DNA from: a virus
Direction: 5' to 3' (one strand)
Length of the DNA: 64,000 bases
Virus record (IMG/VR): IMGVR_UViG_3300021376_000042
Span: 6,790 to 70,789 of that record
Below, piece after piece: positions 17,139 through 28,800 of the stretch. The translations under genes were made by a program, and so were the position numbers. Numbering within the stretch: position 1 is the first letter of the stretch; each line of letters starts with the position of its first letter. Under the pieces are notes generated by a model. It was not told the origin of the DNA. It saw only the letters and a program-made list of their open reading frames with translations, and did not search any database.

Positions 17139-17572
17139 TAGATTCCTAGTTCTTCCTCAGTTATAATCATAAACTTCCATCTACGATCTTTGCAATACTC
17201 ATCAGCTGCCTTCCATTTTGCTTCGTTAATACCATATGTTGTAACTTCTCGAATATATCGTTTGGTAACTTTCTTTTGAATTTTGGGCGGAACAGACTGA
17301 CTTTTAGGTTTTACTTCAAGAATCATAGACTCGGTTAATCCAGTTTTATTTCGTATTCTTACAAAAAAGTCTGGAAAGTAACGATGCCATTTTCCATCAA
17401 CTGGGGATAAATATGGTATAACTATTTCCTCATTCGACCAACCAATTACATTCGGATTGCCATCTAGGTGCACCATTACTCGGCGTTCCCATAACGATCT
17501 GTACCAGATGTTTGTTGGATCACCTAAATATTTATTGGTATTTTTAGGACTAAATTTACCATTATAAGCCAT
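17138..17572 (-). CDS. gp4: Head completion nuclease gp4
   Basis: KY.GDPTNI.YRS.WE, HRYFPDF, EVKP, N.AKW.AA. Confidence 0.92.
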   Translation of the reverse strand: MAYNGKFSPKNTNKYLGDPTNIWYRSLWERRVMVHLDGNPNVIGWSNEEIVIPYLSPVDGKWHRYFPDFFVRIRNKTGLTESMILEVKPKSQSVPPKIQKKVTKRYIREVTTYGINEAKWKAADEYCKDRRWKFMIITEEELGI

Positions 17573-17576
17573 CAGT

Positions 17577-17584
17577 TATTTATA
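17577..17584 (-). promoter_or_regulatory. T4-type late promoter for the minus-strand gp4 operon
   Basis: TATTTATA on + strand (TATAAATA on -), 4 nt before the gp4 ATG. Confidence 0.7.
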
Positions 17585-17593
17585 GGACCATTC

Positions 17594-18787
17594 ATGGCAA
17601 TCGTCAACAGCCCTCTTCGCAATCAAATTATGAGCGATCCGAAGGTCGTCAAAAATCCCCAATCCAATGCGAATAAAAATCCTAGTGGACCGCAAGCAAA
17701 ATTGAGCAGTAGCCCCTATAACGTACAGGATTTAAGATTTCCTAAAGAAGTTGCAATCAATGCAAAGAATAAACATTGGATAAGATTTACGCCTACAATT
17801 CAACAAGCAGGTTCATATAAAACCAGTTTTGCTAATGGCGGATTAGGTTCTGCTGATGCAAACAGAGCAGAATTTGGCGGGCAACTAGGTTCTGGTGCCG
17901 ATCCATTGAGTGCTGGTGCTGCATTAGCAGGTTTAGGTGCTATTGGTATTGCCGAAGGTGCCGTTACTGGCGATTTTGGTAAAGGTGGTGACATTTTAAA
18001 GAATGCATTGAGTAAAAGTAAATTAGGATTAGGAAAGGCAATTGGATTAGGATTATCCGTCGTTGGCTCTTTAGCAGTTACAGGTGCAGTTGTTGCTGGA
18101 ATAGATCTAACTCGTAAGACGCGCCGAGCTGCATCTTATATCTCGCTCTATATGCCAGACACAATAAATGTGACTGTTGTAAATGACTATGACCAATTAA
18201 GTTTAACTCAAGCATTAGGAAAGGCAGGTTTGGCAGCTCAATCTGGTGCAGAAATAGTTGGCGGAGAACTGAAAGCAGCTGGTGGCGGCGCAGGACCAGG
18301 AACAGCTGAAATTGGTGGGTTTTTGGCAGAAAAAACTGGTAATTTTGGTTCAGGAATTACTGACGCACTATTATTTTCAGCTGGCTATGCACAAAACCCA
18401 CAAATTGAACTACTTTTTAAGTCTATTCAAAATCGTGAATTTCTTTTCGATTTTAAATTCGTCCCAAAAACACAAGACGAATCTGTCGCAATTATAAACA
18501 TCATTAAGGCATTTCGATATCATGCCGCACCAGAAATTCCAACGATAGGCGGTGGTAGATATTTCGTGCCACCAGATGAATTTGATATTCAATTTATGTA
18601 TGGCGACTCTGAGAATAGAAATATACCAAAAGTTTCAACTTGTGTATTGCAAGGTATTGATGTAAACTATGCTTCTGCTGGTCAATGGACAACCTTCGCA
18701 AATGGTATGCCTGTTGAGATTGCTATGCAACTTCGATTTAAAGAAGTCGAGATTATGCACAAGAAACTTATCGAGAAGGGATACTGA
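17594..18787 (+). CDS. gp48: Baseplate tail-tube cap gp48
   Basis: ISLYMP, NPQ.ELLF....R.F.FDFKF.PK, C.L..I.VNY, L.F.E.E. Confidence 0.85.
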   Translation: MAIVNSPLRNQIMSDPKVVKNPQSNANKNPSGPQAKLSSSPYNVQDLRFPKEVAINAKNKHWIRFTPTIQQAGSYKTSFANGGLGSADANRAEFGGQLGSGADPLSAGAALAGLGAIGIAEGAVTGDFGKGGDILKNALSKSKLGLGKAIGLGLSVVGSLAVTGAVVAGIDLTRKTRRAASYISLYMPDTINVTVVNDYDQLSLTQALGKAGLAAQSGAEIVGGELKAAGGGAGPGTAEIGGFLAEKTGNFGSGITDALLFSAGYAQNPQIELLFKSIQNREFLFDFKFVPKTQDESVAIINIIKAFRYHAAPEIPTIGGGRYFVPPDEFDIQFMYGDSENRNIPKVSTCVLQGIDVNYASAGQWTTFANGMPVEIAMQLRFKEVEIMHKKLIEKGY

Positions 18788-19461
18788 TGAAATATTTTGA
18801 GAGTTTTTCAAAATTAGTCTACACCTTCGGGCAAGATAATTTTAATCAACAGTTGGTTACAAATATTTTTGCTCGATCTAACTTTTTGCGTGAAGTTGCA
18901 AATAATGTTGACATTGCTTATGAATATCAAGTTCAAGATTCAGACACACCTGAGATTATCGCACATAAAGTTTATGGCGATGCATATAGAAGCTGGATAG
19001 TTTTGCTGTACAACAAAATTATTAATCCTTACTATGATTGGCCAATGAAAAATGATGTTCTAGAGACGTATGTTGCAAACAAATACCACATAACATTAGA
19101 GCAATCAAAATCTACAATTCATCATTACGAGAAAGAAATAGAACAAACGGCAACTTATGGCGGTGTTGTGTTAGATAAAAATACAACAACCTATACAATA
19201 TCTACATACGATTATAATCAAAATACTGGATCATTGGTATTAAACACATTACCAAATACAGCAGATACTTATGTAACTATAAGTACCGAAACATTTAATT
19301 ATAACACATATATTTTAACTGTTACTACTAATCATAAAGCAGTATCAAATTTTACTTATGAATTTAATGAAAATGAAAAACGAAGAAAAATAAAGTTACT
19401 GGAAGATATCTACGTTGCTCAAATTGAACAAGAATTTAAAGAGATTATGAGAGATGGCTAA
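18787..19461 (+). CDS. gp53: Baseplate wedge gp53
   Basis: DTPE.IA.KVYGD...W.VLL.N.I.NPYYDWP, HHYE, E...NE.RR.IKLL. Confidence 0.9.
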   Translation: MKYFESFSKLVYTFGQDNFNQQLVTNIFARSNFLREVANNVDIAYEYQVQDSDTPEIIAHKVYGDAYRSWIVLLYNKIINPYYDWPMKNDVLETYVANKYHITLEQSKSTIHHYEKEIEQTATYGGVVLDKNTTTYTISTYDYNQNTGSLVLNTLPNTADTYVTISTETFNYNTYILTVTTNHKAVSNFTYEFNENEKRRKIKLLEDIYVAQIEQEFKEIMRDG

Positions 19462-20749
19462 CGGACCAGTAAGTTCCAAACAATCGTCCATACAAAAACT
19501 TAATCTGATTAATTCTGGTGGGCAAAGCATAAATCTTGCTGAAATATATGTTCAATTGCAAATCTACCAAGATATATTTGCGCAATGTATGTCAGGTAAA
19601 TTGTTGGTGGTCGATTCAAAAGAAACATTCACAAATTTTTATCTCTGCGGTAATGAATATTTACATGTTGTTCTTGACAAACCTGGATTAAATCGACCTT
19701 TTGAAAGAATCTTTAGAGTGTATAAAGTTGCAGATAGAAAAGCAACTTCTAATTCTGGTCAGATGTATGATGTTTATTTTTGTTCAGATGAATTTATTTC
19801 TTCAAATTCTATGCTTGTAAGTAAATCATATAAATCTACTAAAATTAAAGATGTAGTTCTAGATATTTTAAGCAAAGAACTTAAAGTAGAGTCTAATCGT
19901 ATTGCTAAATTAGAAGACACGCAAGGAAATTTTGATTTTATTATTCCAGCATATCGTCCATTTGAAGCAATACAATGGGCAACGGCTCGCGGTTATGCTC
20001 AAGATAAATTTTGTTATATGTTTTTTGAAAATAAAGATGGCTTTCAATTAACATCATTACAAACAATGATGAAGCAAAAACCATATAAAAAAATAAAGTA
20101 TGAAGTTAAGTTGTCGGATAGCGATCCATCATTGAATAAAGACTCAATGGACGACTTTGAGATTATAAATGACTTTGATATGATCACTTCAATGACAAAT
20201 GGATCGTTCGCCTCAAGATTGCTTACTATTGACTTATTTTCTCAGAAACATGAGACTCTTGATTATAGTTTAGAAGTTGCTGAAGCCAAGAAAAATCTAC
20301 TAAACAAATTTAAACCTGTTAATAGTTTTAAAAATTCTAAAGATCAAACTCTTTTTACTGCCTATAATTCGTTTTTTAGAACTTATTTGACGATAAACGA
20401 CACAAAATCAGAAAAAAGTAACGATATTAAATTTTGGTTACTACCAAGAGCATTACATATGTCTCTTTTAAATCATTTTCGCATTAAAGTTACGCTTCCT
20501 GGTGACACGGAAATGAAGGCAGGAGACGTTGTTGAGGTCGAATTTCCACTTTTTGAAGGAAAACAGAGTGGTGGAAGAAGTTTGAATAAAAAATTATCTG
20601 GAAAGTACATTGTTTCTGCTGTAAACTATAAAATTATTCGTGAGGAAAACTCATTTGAGTGTGTTGCTGAACTTGCAACTGATTCTTTCTCTGAACCACT
20701 ACCAGCAGCCAAAGATGGATTGAATAAATTGGCTAAAAAGGGTAAATAA
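19454..20749 (+). CDS. Baseplate hub protein (gp27-like)
   Basis: Between gp53 and gp5; FFENKDGF, PGD....GD.V, SGKY.V. Confidence 0.65.
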   Translation: MANGPVSSKQSSIQKLNLINSGGQSINLAEIYVQLQIYQDIFAQCMSGKLLVVDSKETFTNFYLCGNEYLHVVLDKPGLNRPFERIFRVYKVADRKATSNSGQMYDVYFCSDEFISSNSMLVSKSYKSTKIKDVVLDILSKELKVESNRIAKLEDTQGNFDFIIPAYRPFEAIQWATARGYAQDKFCYMFFENKDGFQLTSLQTMMKQKPYKKIKYEVKLSDSDPSLNKDSMDDFEIINDFDMITSMTNGSFASRLLTIDLFSQKHETLDYSLEVAEAKKNLLNKFKPVNSFKNSKDQTLFTAYNSFFRTYLTINDTKSEKSNDIKFWLLPRALHMSLLNHFRIKVTLPGDTEMKAGDVVEVEFPLFEGKQSGGRSLNKKLSGKYIVSAVNYKIIREENSFECVAELATDSFSEPLPAAKDGLNKLAKKGK

Positions 20750-22467
20750 TGCCTGGTGCAATTAAAAATTTTATAGGATTAGAAGGATTTATATGGTGGA
20801 TCGGCGTTGTTGAAGATCGCCAGGATCCAGAACAACTTGGTCGCGTCCGTGTTCGTTGTTTTGGATTTCACTCAGATGACAAATCATTAATTCCGACTGA
20901 TTCATTACCATGGGCACATCCAATTTTACCAATTAATGCTCCTAATGTGTATACACCGAAAGAAGGAGACATGGTTTTTGGATTTTTTGTCGATGGAACG
21001 AATGCTCAGAATCCTGCTATTCTTGGAATTTTCCCAGGCAAACCCGAAGAAAAACCAAAGTATGAAAGAGGATTCTCTGATCCAGGAAATACGCTTTCTG
21101 GTCGTCCTAAAAAACCAGATGATGATTCTGACAAGTATCCAAAGAGTAAATATTTAAAAGAACCAACGCTCAACAGATTATCTCGCGGTAAAGTTGATAG
21201 TACAATTATAGCAACTCGAAAGAAAAATCTAAAAAAGAATGTAAAGTCTGCTGGTGGTGTTAATTGGAGCGAACCTGCGCCATCTTTTAAACCAAAATAC
21301 CCATACAACAATGCTCTTGAATCTGAATCGGGGCATGCACTAGAATTTGATGATACACCTGGTAATGAGCGCGTACATTTGGCTCATCGTAAGGGTGCAT
21401 ACATGGAATATGATAAAGATGGCTCTAAAATTCAGAGAGTTCAGAAAGATAATTATTCTGTGATTATGGGCGATGACTTTATTTACATCAAAGGCAAAGC
21501 TGCAATTACAGTTGATGGTAATTTTAATCTTAAAACAAAAACAATTAACATTGAAGCATCTGAGATTAACATGGCAGCTGATGGTGCCGTTAAAATCAAA
21601 GGCAGCTCGGTTAAAATTGAATCAACAGGTGGAATGGACCTCAAAGCTGGCGGCGGTGGTAAATTTACAGCTGGTGGGCGACTAGATTTGAAGGGTGCCA
21701 CAGCTGGTCTTGGTGGTGCTACGGTTGATATCCCAGCTGGAAAGGTAAATATCCAAAGCGGATCAGTGAAATCAGCTTCTGGCACTGGATTGAAGGGTGG
21801 TGGATCAACACCATCATCAGAAGATGTACAAGAATCCGCAAGTGATGCAGCTGCACTGGCAGCAAACCCAGCTGCGAAAGCAAATTCTGTTTCAGCTGGC
21901 GCTGATTCATTGCAGGAAGTTAAAGTTACATCTAAGAAAGTTGAAGTTCCAAAGGGTCAATCAGTTCTCGGAAAAATTGCTGGCGGTATCACATCAACCA
22001 TCAGTGGTGTGGCTCAATCTCTTGGCGCTGCCGCTGATGGTATCATTAAAGATTTTGCTAACAAACTGCCAATAGGAGAATTGGCAGGTAAAGTTGATGG
22101 GTTTGGTATCGCTATTAATAATAATGTAGCTGATATTATCTCATTAGCGAGAGATCCTAAGCAGTTCCTTTTGAATAGGATAGATCAAGTTTCCCAGCTG
22201 GCGTTTAATAACAATGTGGAATTTAAGTTTGACCGTACAATTCAAAATGAAATTTTGACAACAGTTTATAACATTGCACAAAATCAACTAACAAATGTGA
22301 TCGCTAAACACACTTATCCTAAAACGGAAACTATTCAGATCGACAATGTTCCATCATATGCTGCGAACCCAGAAGTTTTTGAGCGATTTGAGGCTCAAAC
22401 TGATGAAGCTGAACAAAACCAAGAAGTGCTTGATATATTAAAGTCTATTAATGGGGGTCAGTCATAA
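20749..22467 (+). CDS. gp5: Baseplate spike gp5 (OB-fold and beta-helix, no lysozyme domain)
   Basis: WWIGVVEDR.DP...GRVRVR, LPWA, YPYN...SESGH..EFDDTPG.ER, beta-helix repeats. Confidence 0.88.
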   Translation: MPGAIKNFIGLEGFIWWIGVVEDRQDPEQLGRVRVRCFGFHSDDKSLIPTDSLPWAHPILPINAPNVYTPKEGDMVFGFFVDGTNAQNPAILGIFPGKPEEKPKYERGFSDPGNTLSGRPKKPDDDSDKYPKSKYLKEPTLNRLSRGKVDSTIIATRKKNLKKNVKSAGGVNWSEPAPSFKPKYPYNNALESESGHALEFDDTPGNERVHLAHRKGAYMEYDKDGSKIQRVQKDNYSVIMGDDFIYIKGKAAITVDGNFNLKTKTINIEASEINMAADGAVKIKGSSVKIESTGGMDLKAGGGGKFTAGGRLDLKGATAGLGGATVDIPAGKVNIQSGSVKSASGTGLKGGGSTPSSEDVQESASDAAALAANPAAKANSVSAGADSLQEVKVTSKKVEVPKGQSVLGKIAGGITSTISGVAQSLGAAADGIIKDFANKLPIGELAGKVDGFGIAINNNVADIISLARDPKQFLLNRIDQVSQLAFNNNVEFKFDRTIQNEILTTVYNIAQNQLTNVIAKHTYPKTETIQIDNVPSYAANPEVFERFEAQTDEAEQNQEVLDILKSINGGQS

Positions 22468-23378
22468 TGGCATTAACAGAAGCAAAAGCAAAAATTATTG
22501 CTAAAATCGAGGCTAAACTTTTAGATAAAATCAATGACATTAAAACGAACGGTGGAACTAATCTGCAGCAAATAAAGACGGTCACAGTTGGTGGATTGCC
22601 TGTAGCAATTAGAACGGGTGGTGCAGGAGCTCTTGGTGGTGCGCTTGGAAAAATTGCATCTGTTGTTCAAGAAGCTGGGTCTATTGCCTCATTAGTCCAA
22701 AATCCTGTTGGATTGGCGCAATCCGCCATTGGAAGTGCTGTGAGTGGTGTAAGTGGTAAATTGGGTGACATTACAGGTAAACTTACTGGTGGTCAGTTAT
22801 CTAATATAACAAACGCCATATCTCAAGTTACGACAAAACTAGGCGATCTTCAGGCTCATACATCTAATCTTTCTGGCTTATCCTCTGCGATAAATGATGC
22901 CGTACCAGATTTTAAGAAACTACAGAATGTCGGTGAGATGTTAAATGGATTGGGCTCTGACACTACCAAAGGGTTTCTTGCTAATACCGCAGGCGCTCTT
23001 AAATCAGGCGACACTCTTAACACAATTAAAGATAAACTAAACATAAGCGTTCAGTCTAAAATGGATCAGATTTTAAGATTAGATTCCGGAACAATATCTG
23101 GGCAGACTGCGATAGCAACTATTGTAACGGATATTAATGAACTACTAAATAATCAAGCAAATGTTATGAATGACATTGTTGAAATAGATACAAATAATTT
23201 TAATGAGGCTTCTAATAATTTAACGGCATCTTCCGATGTTATAGGTCTAACAGACGAATACAATGACCCAGATAGCGTAACTTATTCTATGTTTGTTGAT
23301 CTTGGTGTCGCCAAAGAATCTACGTTAACAGCATTTGACAATGCCGTAGAGCAATCTGAGCAGGAATTTGAGGGATAG
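22467..23378 (+). CDS. Hypothetical virion protein, Gly/Ser/Ala-rich and helical
   Basis: Coupled to gp5, upstream of gp25. Confidence 0.7.
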   Translation: MALTEAKAKIIAKIEAKLLDKINDIKTNGGTNLQQIKTVTVGGLPVAIRTGGAGALGGALGKIASVVQEAGSIASLVQNPVGLAQSAIGSAVSGVSGKLGDITGKLTGGQLSNITNAISQVTTKLGDLQAHTSNLSGLSSAINDAVPDFKKLQNVGEMLNGLGSDTTKGFLANTAGALKSGDTLNTIKDKLNISVQSKMDQILRLDSGTISGQTAIATIVTDINELLNNQANVMNDIVEIDTNNFNEASNNLTASSDVIGLTDEYNDPDSVTYSMFVDLGVAKESTLTAFDNAVEQSEQEFEG

Positions 23379-23381
23379 TAA

Positions 23382-23774
23382 ATGAGTTTGGTCGCTCGAA
23401 AATACACAGATTTTGACTTAAATTTCGGAATTCATCCAGTCACAAAGGATATTTTAAAAAAGAAAGACGAGAACTCTATTGCGCAATCAATTAAAACACT
23501 GCTCCTCACTTCGCATTATGAAAGACCATTTAATCCAGATTTAGGTTCAAATCTAAAGAGATTTTTGTTTGAGCCAATAGATGATGTAACTACAACACTC
23601 ATCCGTGATTCAATATTTGAAACATTAAAAAACTATGAGCCAAGAATAACTATTGAGGAAATAACTGCAACACCTAATTTTGATCTTGATCAATATGATG
23701 TTACAATAACTTTTTTTATAAAAAATGTTTTAGATCCAATAACAATCTCATTTTTCTTGGAGCGAATAAGATAA
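23382..23774 (+). CDS. gp25: Baseplate wedge gp25
   Basis: DFDLNF..HPVT.D, SI..LLLT...ERPF.P..GS, LFEP, YEPR. Confidence 0.92.
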   Translation: MSLVARKYTDFDLNFGIHPVTKDILKKKDENSIAQSIKTLLLTSHYERPFNPDLGSNLKRFLFEPIDDVTTTLIRDSIFETLKNYEPRITIEEITATPNFDLDQYDVTITFFIKNVLDPITISFFLERIR

Positions 23775-23777
23775 CAA

Positions 23778-25841
23778 ATGGCAAACCAAGACGCTAAACT
23801 CAAAGTTGCTGAACTCGACTTTGATACAATTAAAGATAATTTAAAGAATTTTCTAAAATCGCAATCAGAATTCAGCGATTATAATTTTGAAGGATCGGGT
23901 TTATCCGTCCTTCTAGATATTCTTGCATACAACACACATTACATGGGATATTATCTTAATATGGTATCTAATGAAATGTTTATTGATACCGCTTTAAGTC
24001 GCTCTTCGGTTGTCTCGCATGCAAAATTATTGGGTTATACTCCTAGATCAACTGTTGCCTCTCGCGCCACAATTAATGTTTCATTTACACCTGTAACGAG
24101 TGACGCTAACAGCACAGTTGTCATTCCTAGATTTACAAGATTTTTATCTGAGTCAAAAGATGGGACCAATTTCGTATTTGTAAATCCATCTTCTAGAACA
24201 ATCACAAAAAATAATAGCACTGGGTTATTTACAACTGAGAATTTAGAGGTAAAGGAAGGACAACCTTTGGCGATTACATTTACATACAGTTCTCAAACAA
24301 ATCCAAGACAAATATTTGAATTACCTGAGTCTAATATTGACACATCAACAATAGAAGTTCGTGTGCAGGTATCTGCTGAAAATGCTACTCAAAACACTTA
24401 CATTCTAGCAAGCGACGCTACAGATGTTGATTCAAATGCTTTAGTTTATTATATTGAAGAAAATAAAAACGGCAAATATCAAATTTATTTCGGTGATGGA
24501 ATTATTGGTAAAAAATTACTAGATGGTAATATTTTAATCGTATCTTATATTTCTTCTTCGGGATTGATTGCTAATGGTCTACAAACATTTAAATTAGTTG
24601 ATACAATTCTTCCAGGTAGCACAGTATCCATTACGACGAATTCTGCATCAACTTCAGGGGCAGCGGCAGAAGATATAGAAAGTATTCGATTTACAGCGCC
24701 AAAAGCATTTATATCACAAAATCGTGCAGTTACTAAAAATGATTATATTGCACTTATTAATCGGGATTATCCGTATTTCCAAGCAGTAAATGTTTGGGGT
24801 GGTGAGGAAAATGTGCCACCAGTTTATGGTAAAGTTTATTTTACCGCAAAACCTGTTGGTGGATATGAAATTACATCTACTGAAATTGAGTATGTAAAAA
24901 ATTCCATTATAAAACCATTTAGTATTTTAACTGTGACGCCTGAGTATGTCTCAGCAGATTATAATTATCTTAATTTAAATGTTAACATTTATTTTGATCC
25001 AACTAAAACAACAAAAACGCCTGATGAGATCAGTGCATTAGTGATTGGATCAATTCAAAATTTTGCTAATACAAATTTAAATTCATTTAACTCCACATTC
25101 AGAGTCTCCCAATTGTCAAGAGCAATTGATGATTCAGATTTTTCTGTTGTAAGTAATGATCTTGAAGTTGTGCTAGAAAAACGATTTACAGTTGATGTAA
25201 CAAGATCGGCAACATACACTTTAAATTATGGTGCAGCATTACTGCAGGGAACGACTTCTAAGAAGTTGTATTCTTATCCATCATTTAAATATCTAGACTC
25301 TACTGGGATTGCTCGCGACTCTTTCATTGAAGAAGTGTTGCAGTCATATACAGGAATTGATTCTATAGATGTTGTGTTCTCTGGAAGTGAATATGTATCA
25401 ACACCATCAGTTATTATTGAAGGTGATGGAACTGGGGCAAAAGCAAGAGCACTTATTGTCAACGGTGCATTAAAAAGAATTGAGGTCACTGATCCTGGCA
25501 GTGGATACACCTCAGCCTCAGTTTCTATTTCCGGAGGCAGTGGATCGGGAGCAACTGCAAAAGCCAATCTACAAGGACGCCAAGGAAAACTTAGAATTTA
25601 TTATTATGACGTAAATCAAATTAAAAGAGTCATCACCGAAGATGCAGGCGATGTCGACTATCAAAATGGAGTTGTTGTGCTACGAAATTTTGCACCAACT
25701 TCTATTTCTGATCCATTTGGAACGTTGGTGATAAAAGTTGTTCCGTTGAATAAAATATTCAAATCAGAAAAAAATACAATATTAACGCTGGATATTTCCG
25801 ATCCAACTGCTATCAGCACAAGTATAACATCCGTAGTGTAA
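23778..25841 (+). CDS. gp6: Baseplate wedge gp6
   Basis: LDFD.IK.NL, F.DYNFEGS.LS.LLD.LAYNTHY, FGDG..GK, QNRAVT..DY, WGGE. Confidence 0.93.
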   Translation: MANQDAKLKVAELDFDTIKDNLKNFLKSQSEFSDYNFEGSGLSVLLDILAYNTHYMGYYLNMVSNEMFIDTALSRSSVVSHAKLLGYTPRSTVASRATINVSFTPVTSDANSTVVIPRFTRFLSESKDGTNFVFVNPSSRTITKNNSTGLFTTENLEVKEGQPLAITFTYSSQTNPRQIFELPESNIDTSTIEVRVQVSAENATQNTYILASDATDVDSNALVYYIEENKNGKYQIYFGDGIIGKKLLDGNILIVSYISSSGLIANGLQTFKLVDTILPGSTVSITTNSASTSGAAAEDIESIRFTAPKAFISQNRAVTKNDYIALINRDYPYFQAVNVWGGEENVPPVYGKVYFTAKPVGGYEITSTEIEYVKNSIIKPFSILTVTPEYVSADYNYLNLNVNIYFDPTKTTKTPDEISALVIGSIQNFANTNLNSFNSTFRVSQLSRAIDDSDFSVVSNDLEVVLEKRFTVDVTRSATYTLNYGAALLQGTTSKKLYSYPSFKYLDSTGIARDSFIEEVLQSYTGIDSIDVVFSGSEYVSTPSVIIEGDGTGAKARALIVNGALKRIEVTDPGSGYTSASVSISGGSGSGATAKANLQGRQGKLRIYYYDVNQIKRVITEDAGDVDYQNGVVVLRNFAPTSISDPFGTLVIKVVPLNKIFKSEKNTILTLDISDPTAISTSITSVV

Positions 25842-25845
25842 TATA

Positions 25846-28800
25846 ATGTCAGCAGCAGAAAAAATAGTTTCAGCTTTTATACCATCTCAGCTTCCTGATT
25901 TTATAAAAGCAGATAATCCTAAATTCAAAAGATTTTTAGAATTATATTATCAATGGCTTGAACAAAATAATCCTGACGGCATTTCAAATACTGCAGGTAA
26001 TACAATCTATCATGCAACGCAAATCTCTAGTTATAGAGACATTGATGATACGCCATCTGAATTCATAAAGTATTTCAGAGATGAATTACTGCCGTATGTT
26101 CCAGAAAATGCCTCTCTTGATATTCGAAAAATATTAAAAAGCGCAAGAGAATTTTATAGTAAAAAAGGTAGTGATGAGTCAGTAAAGTGGCTCTTTAGAG
26201 CATTGTTTAATGAAGATATTGAACTCAATTATCCAAAAGAACAAATTTTAATTACTTCTGATGGTAAATGGAAAAAACCTAAAGCATTTAGAATTACTGT
26301 TTCTGAAACTAATAAAACAGTTGATGTTAATTTACTAGAAAAAAGAATTGTCACAGGTAAAAATTCTGGAGCAACTTGTTTTGTAGAATCAGCAAATAGA
26401 ACTGTAGATGTTGATAGTGGGCGTGAAATTATTGAAATTTACATTTCAAATATTAAAAGATTTTTTGAAAATGGCGAATTTATCATTATTAACTATGTAG
26501 ACGCGAATGGCGTAGAAAAGGTATTCTCAGAAAAAATTATCGGCACATTATCTAATATTCGTGTTGATTCAAATATTCGAACTGATCCACAACAAAAACG
26601 CCGTGGTTTATTGTATAATGTCGGCGATCCAGTAGTAATAACTGGTGGTCTTGCACTTACTGCAGAAGCTGAAGATGCTATAGCAATTGTTGGAAATGTT
26701 ACTATAGGTTCTATTGAAGAAGTAAATGTGGTGTTTCCTGGGTATGGATACAGAGTTTACCCACCAAACACAGAAGTTCTTGTCTTAAGATCTATTGGCG
26801 ATGATCCAGCCGCAAATTTAAGCACAGACCTAAGATTACAAGCTCTTAATCTTTCTTCCGTCTCGAGTAACAGTCAACGCACATTCACAGAAAACATTAC
26901 TTACAGCAAAACAGTAATTGAATTTGCTAAAGATTATGACATTGGTAATGCGAACATAGCAGTCTTTACATTAAATACAAAAAATGCATTATTAAATGTT
27001 ACAGAAGATGATGCTAATGACGATTTTAATAACTATGAACAAATATGGGCTAATGGTAACAACTTTAGTGATGCATTATTTACTGCAAAAATAGCAACAC
27101 CAAATGGCGGTGATGGCGGACCATTTGGATCTGGTGGTGCGGCATACACAGGTGGATTAATCATTTATGACATTGCGAATACTGGCGCACTTTCAACAGT
27201 ATTGACAGGCGCATCAATTTATACTAAAAATACTTCTAAAGAATTTGTATTTAATTCAATCACAACATACCCATTACCTGCTAATGCTAATGCAAAATTA
27301 ATCCAGTTTTTTGATTACGAAACTGTTGAAACTGGTGGCGTGGCATTAATTTCAGTTATAAACGGCGGATTTGGTTTTAGATCAGAACCACTTCTTGATG
27401 TGGTTTCTCATTATGATACAAATCTATCTGATAACTATGATTATGAAATAGAAGCCGAACGTAATAATAAAAGGCAGTACTGGCAAACATTCAAGGATTT
27501 AGGTCAAGTTGCTCACGTTTACATCAATAATCCAGGAATTGGATATTCAAATTCAGATACAATTTCGTTTGTCGGACGTGGTTATGGCGGTAATGCATCG
27601 ATCACTGTAAATGGATCAGGTTCAATTATTAACGTCAGTATTTTAGATAGAGGCGAAGGTCACACTGTCAGACCGAATTGCCAAATTACAACAGCAGGTG
27701 GCACTGGTGCATCGTTAACTGCATTTTTATTTGGAGACGGATTTGATTATACAATTGAAACAAATGCGATCGGAAGAGTTCAAAATTTACGTTTATTATA
27801 TCGCGGATTCGATTATACCGCTGTACCAAATACGTCATTAAAAGTCGTGGATACAGTAATCACAGCCATCCCAGAAAATGAAGGATTTGTTGAACAAGAA
27901 TACGTTTACCAAGGTGCGTCTTTCGCTGCATCTACATTTAGAGCGAATGTTAAATCATACACCAGATCTACAAATGTTCTAAGACTTTATGATTATTCTG
28001 GCACTATTAATACAACTGTTCCGATTATAAGTGCTAATGGGGTCACATGTAACGTAAATACGTCGGCACATGTTCCAGCGCCAGCGCAATACCCAGCAGC
28101 AGCAATTGCAAGTGGATTGGTAAATCCAATGTATTATGGTAATGGGCGCGCTAAAGCAAATGCTCAATTCGCTAATGGCTTGATAGAATTTAATGGATTC
28201 TATCTAAATTCAGATGGATTCCCAAGTTCAGATAAAAGATTGCAAGACGATACAATATATCACAATTTCTCATACATTGTTCAGTCAGAAAAGAGTCTTT
28301 CGGAATTTGAAATTCCATTAAGGAACATTGCACACCCAGCAGGTTTAGAACTACTGGCAAGAACAGTATTAAAATCATCTTCTTCTACAGAAGCAATAAG
28401 CAAATCTAATGTAGATCTGATATTGCCAATTAATACTGCATCAACTATCGTGGTTTCAAACACATTCTCAAATGTTGTAACTGGAACTAATACAGCATTC
28501 CTTGTTGCATCATATAAGGCTAACGTCGGTGATATGTTTATTCTAGTAGACAACACAAATATACTTAGAACTCAATCTAAGATTATTACAGCTGTTGATA
28601 GTAACACGTCTTTAAATGTTGCTGGTGATTTTATATACGTCGGTCAAGGTAAATTAAAAACAAATACGGGAAATACGCACTTTGAGATTTCAAGTAATGT
28701 AAATGCTGTAAGCGATTTTGTGGCTACAGGTGACCAAGTTAGAGTCAACATTACTAATGTTCAGCTTGCTGGAACAGTCAATGTCAGCGGAACAATAATT

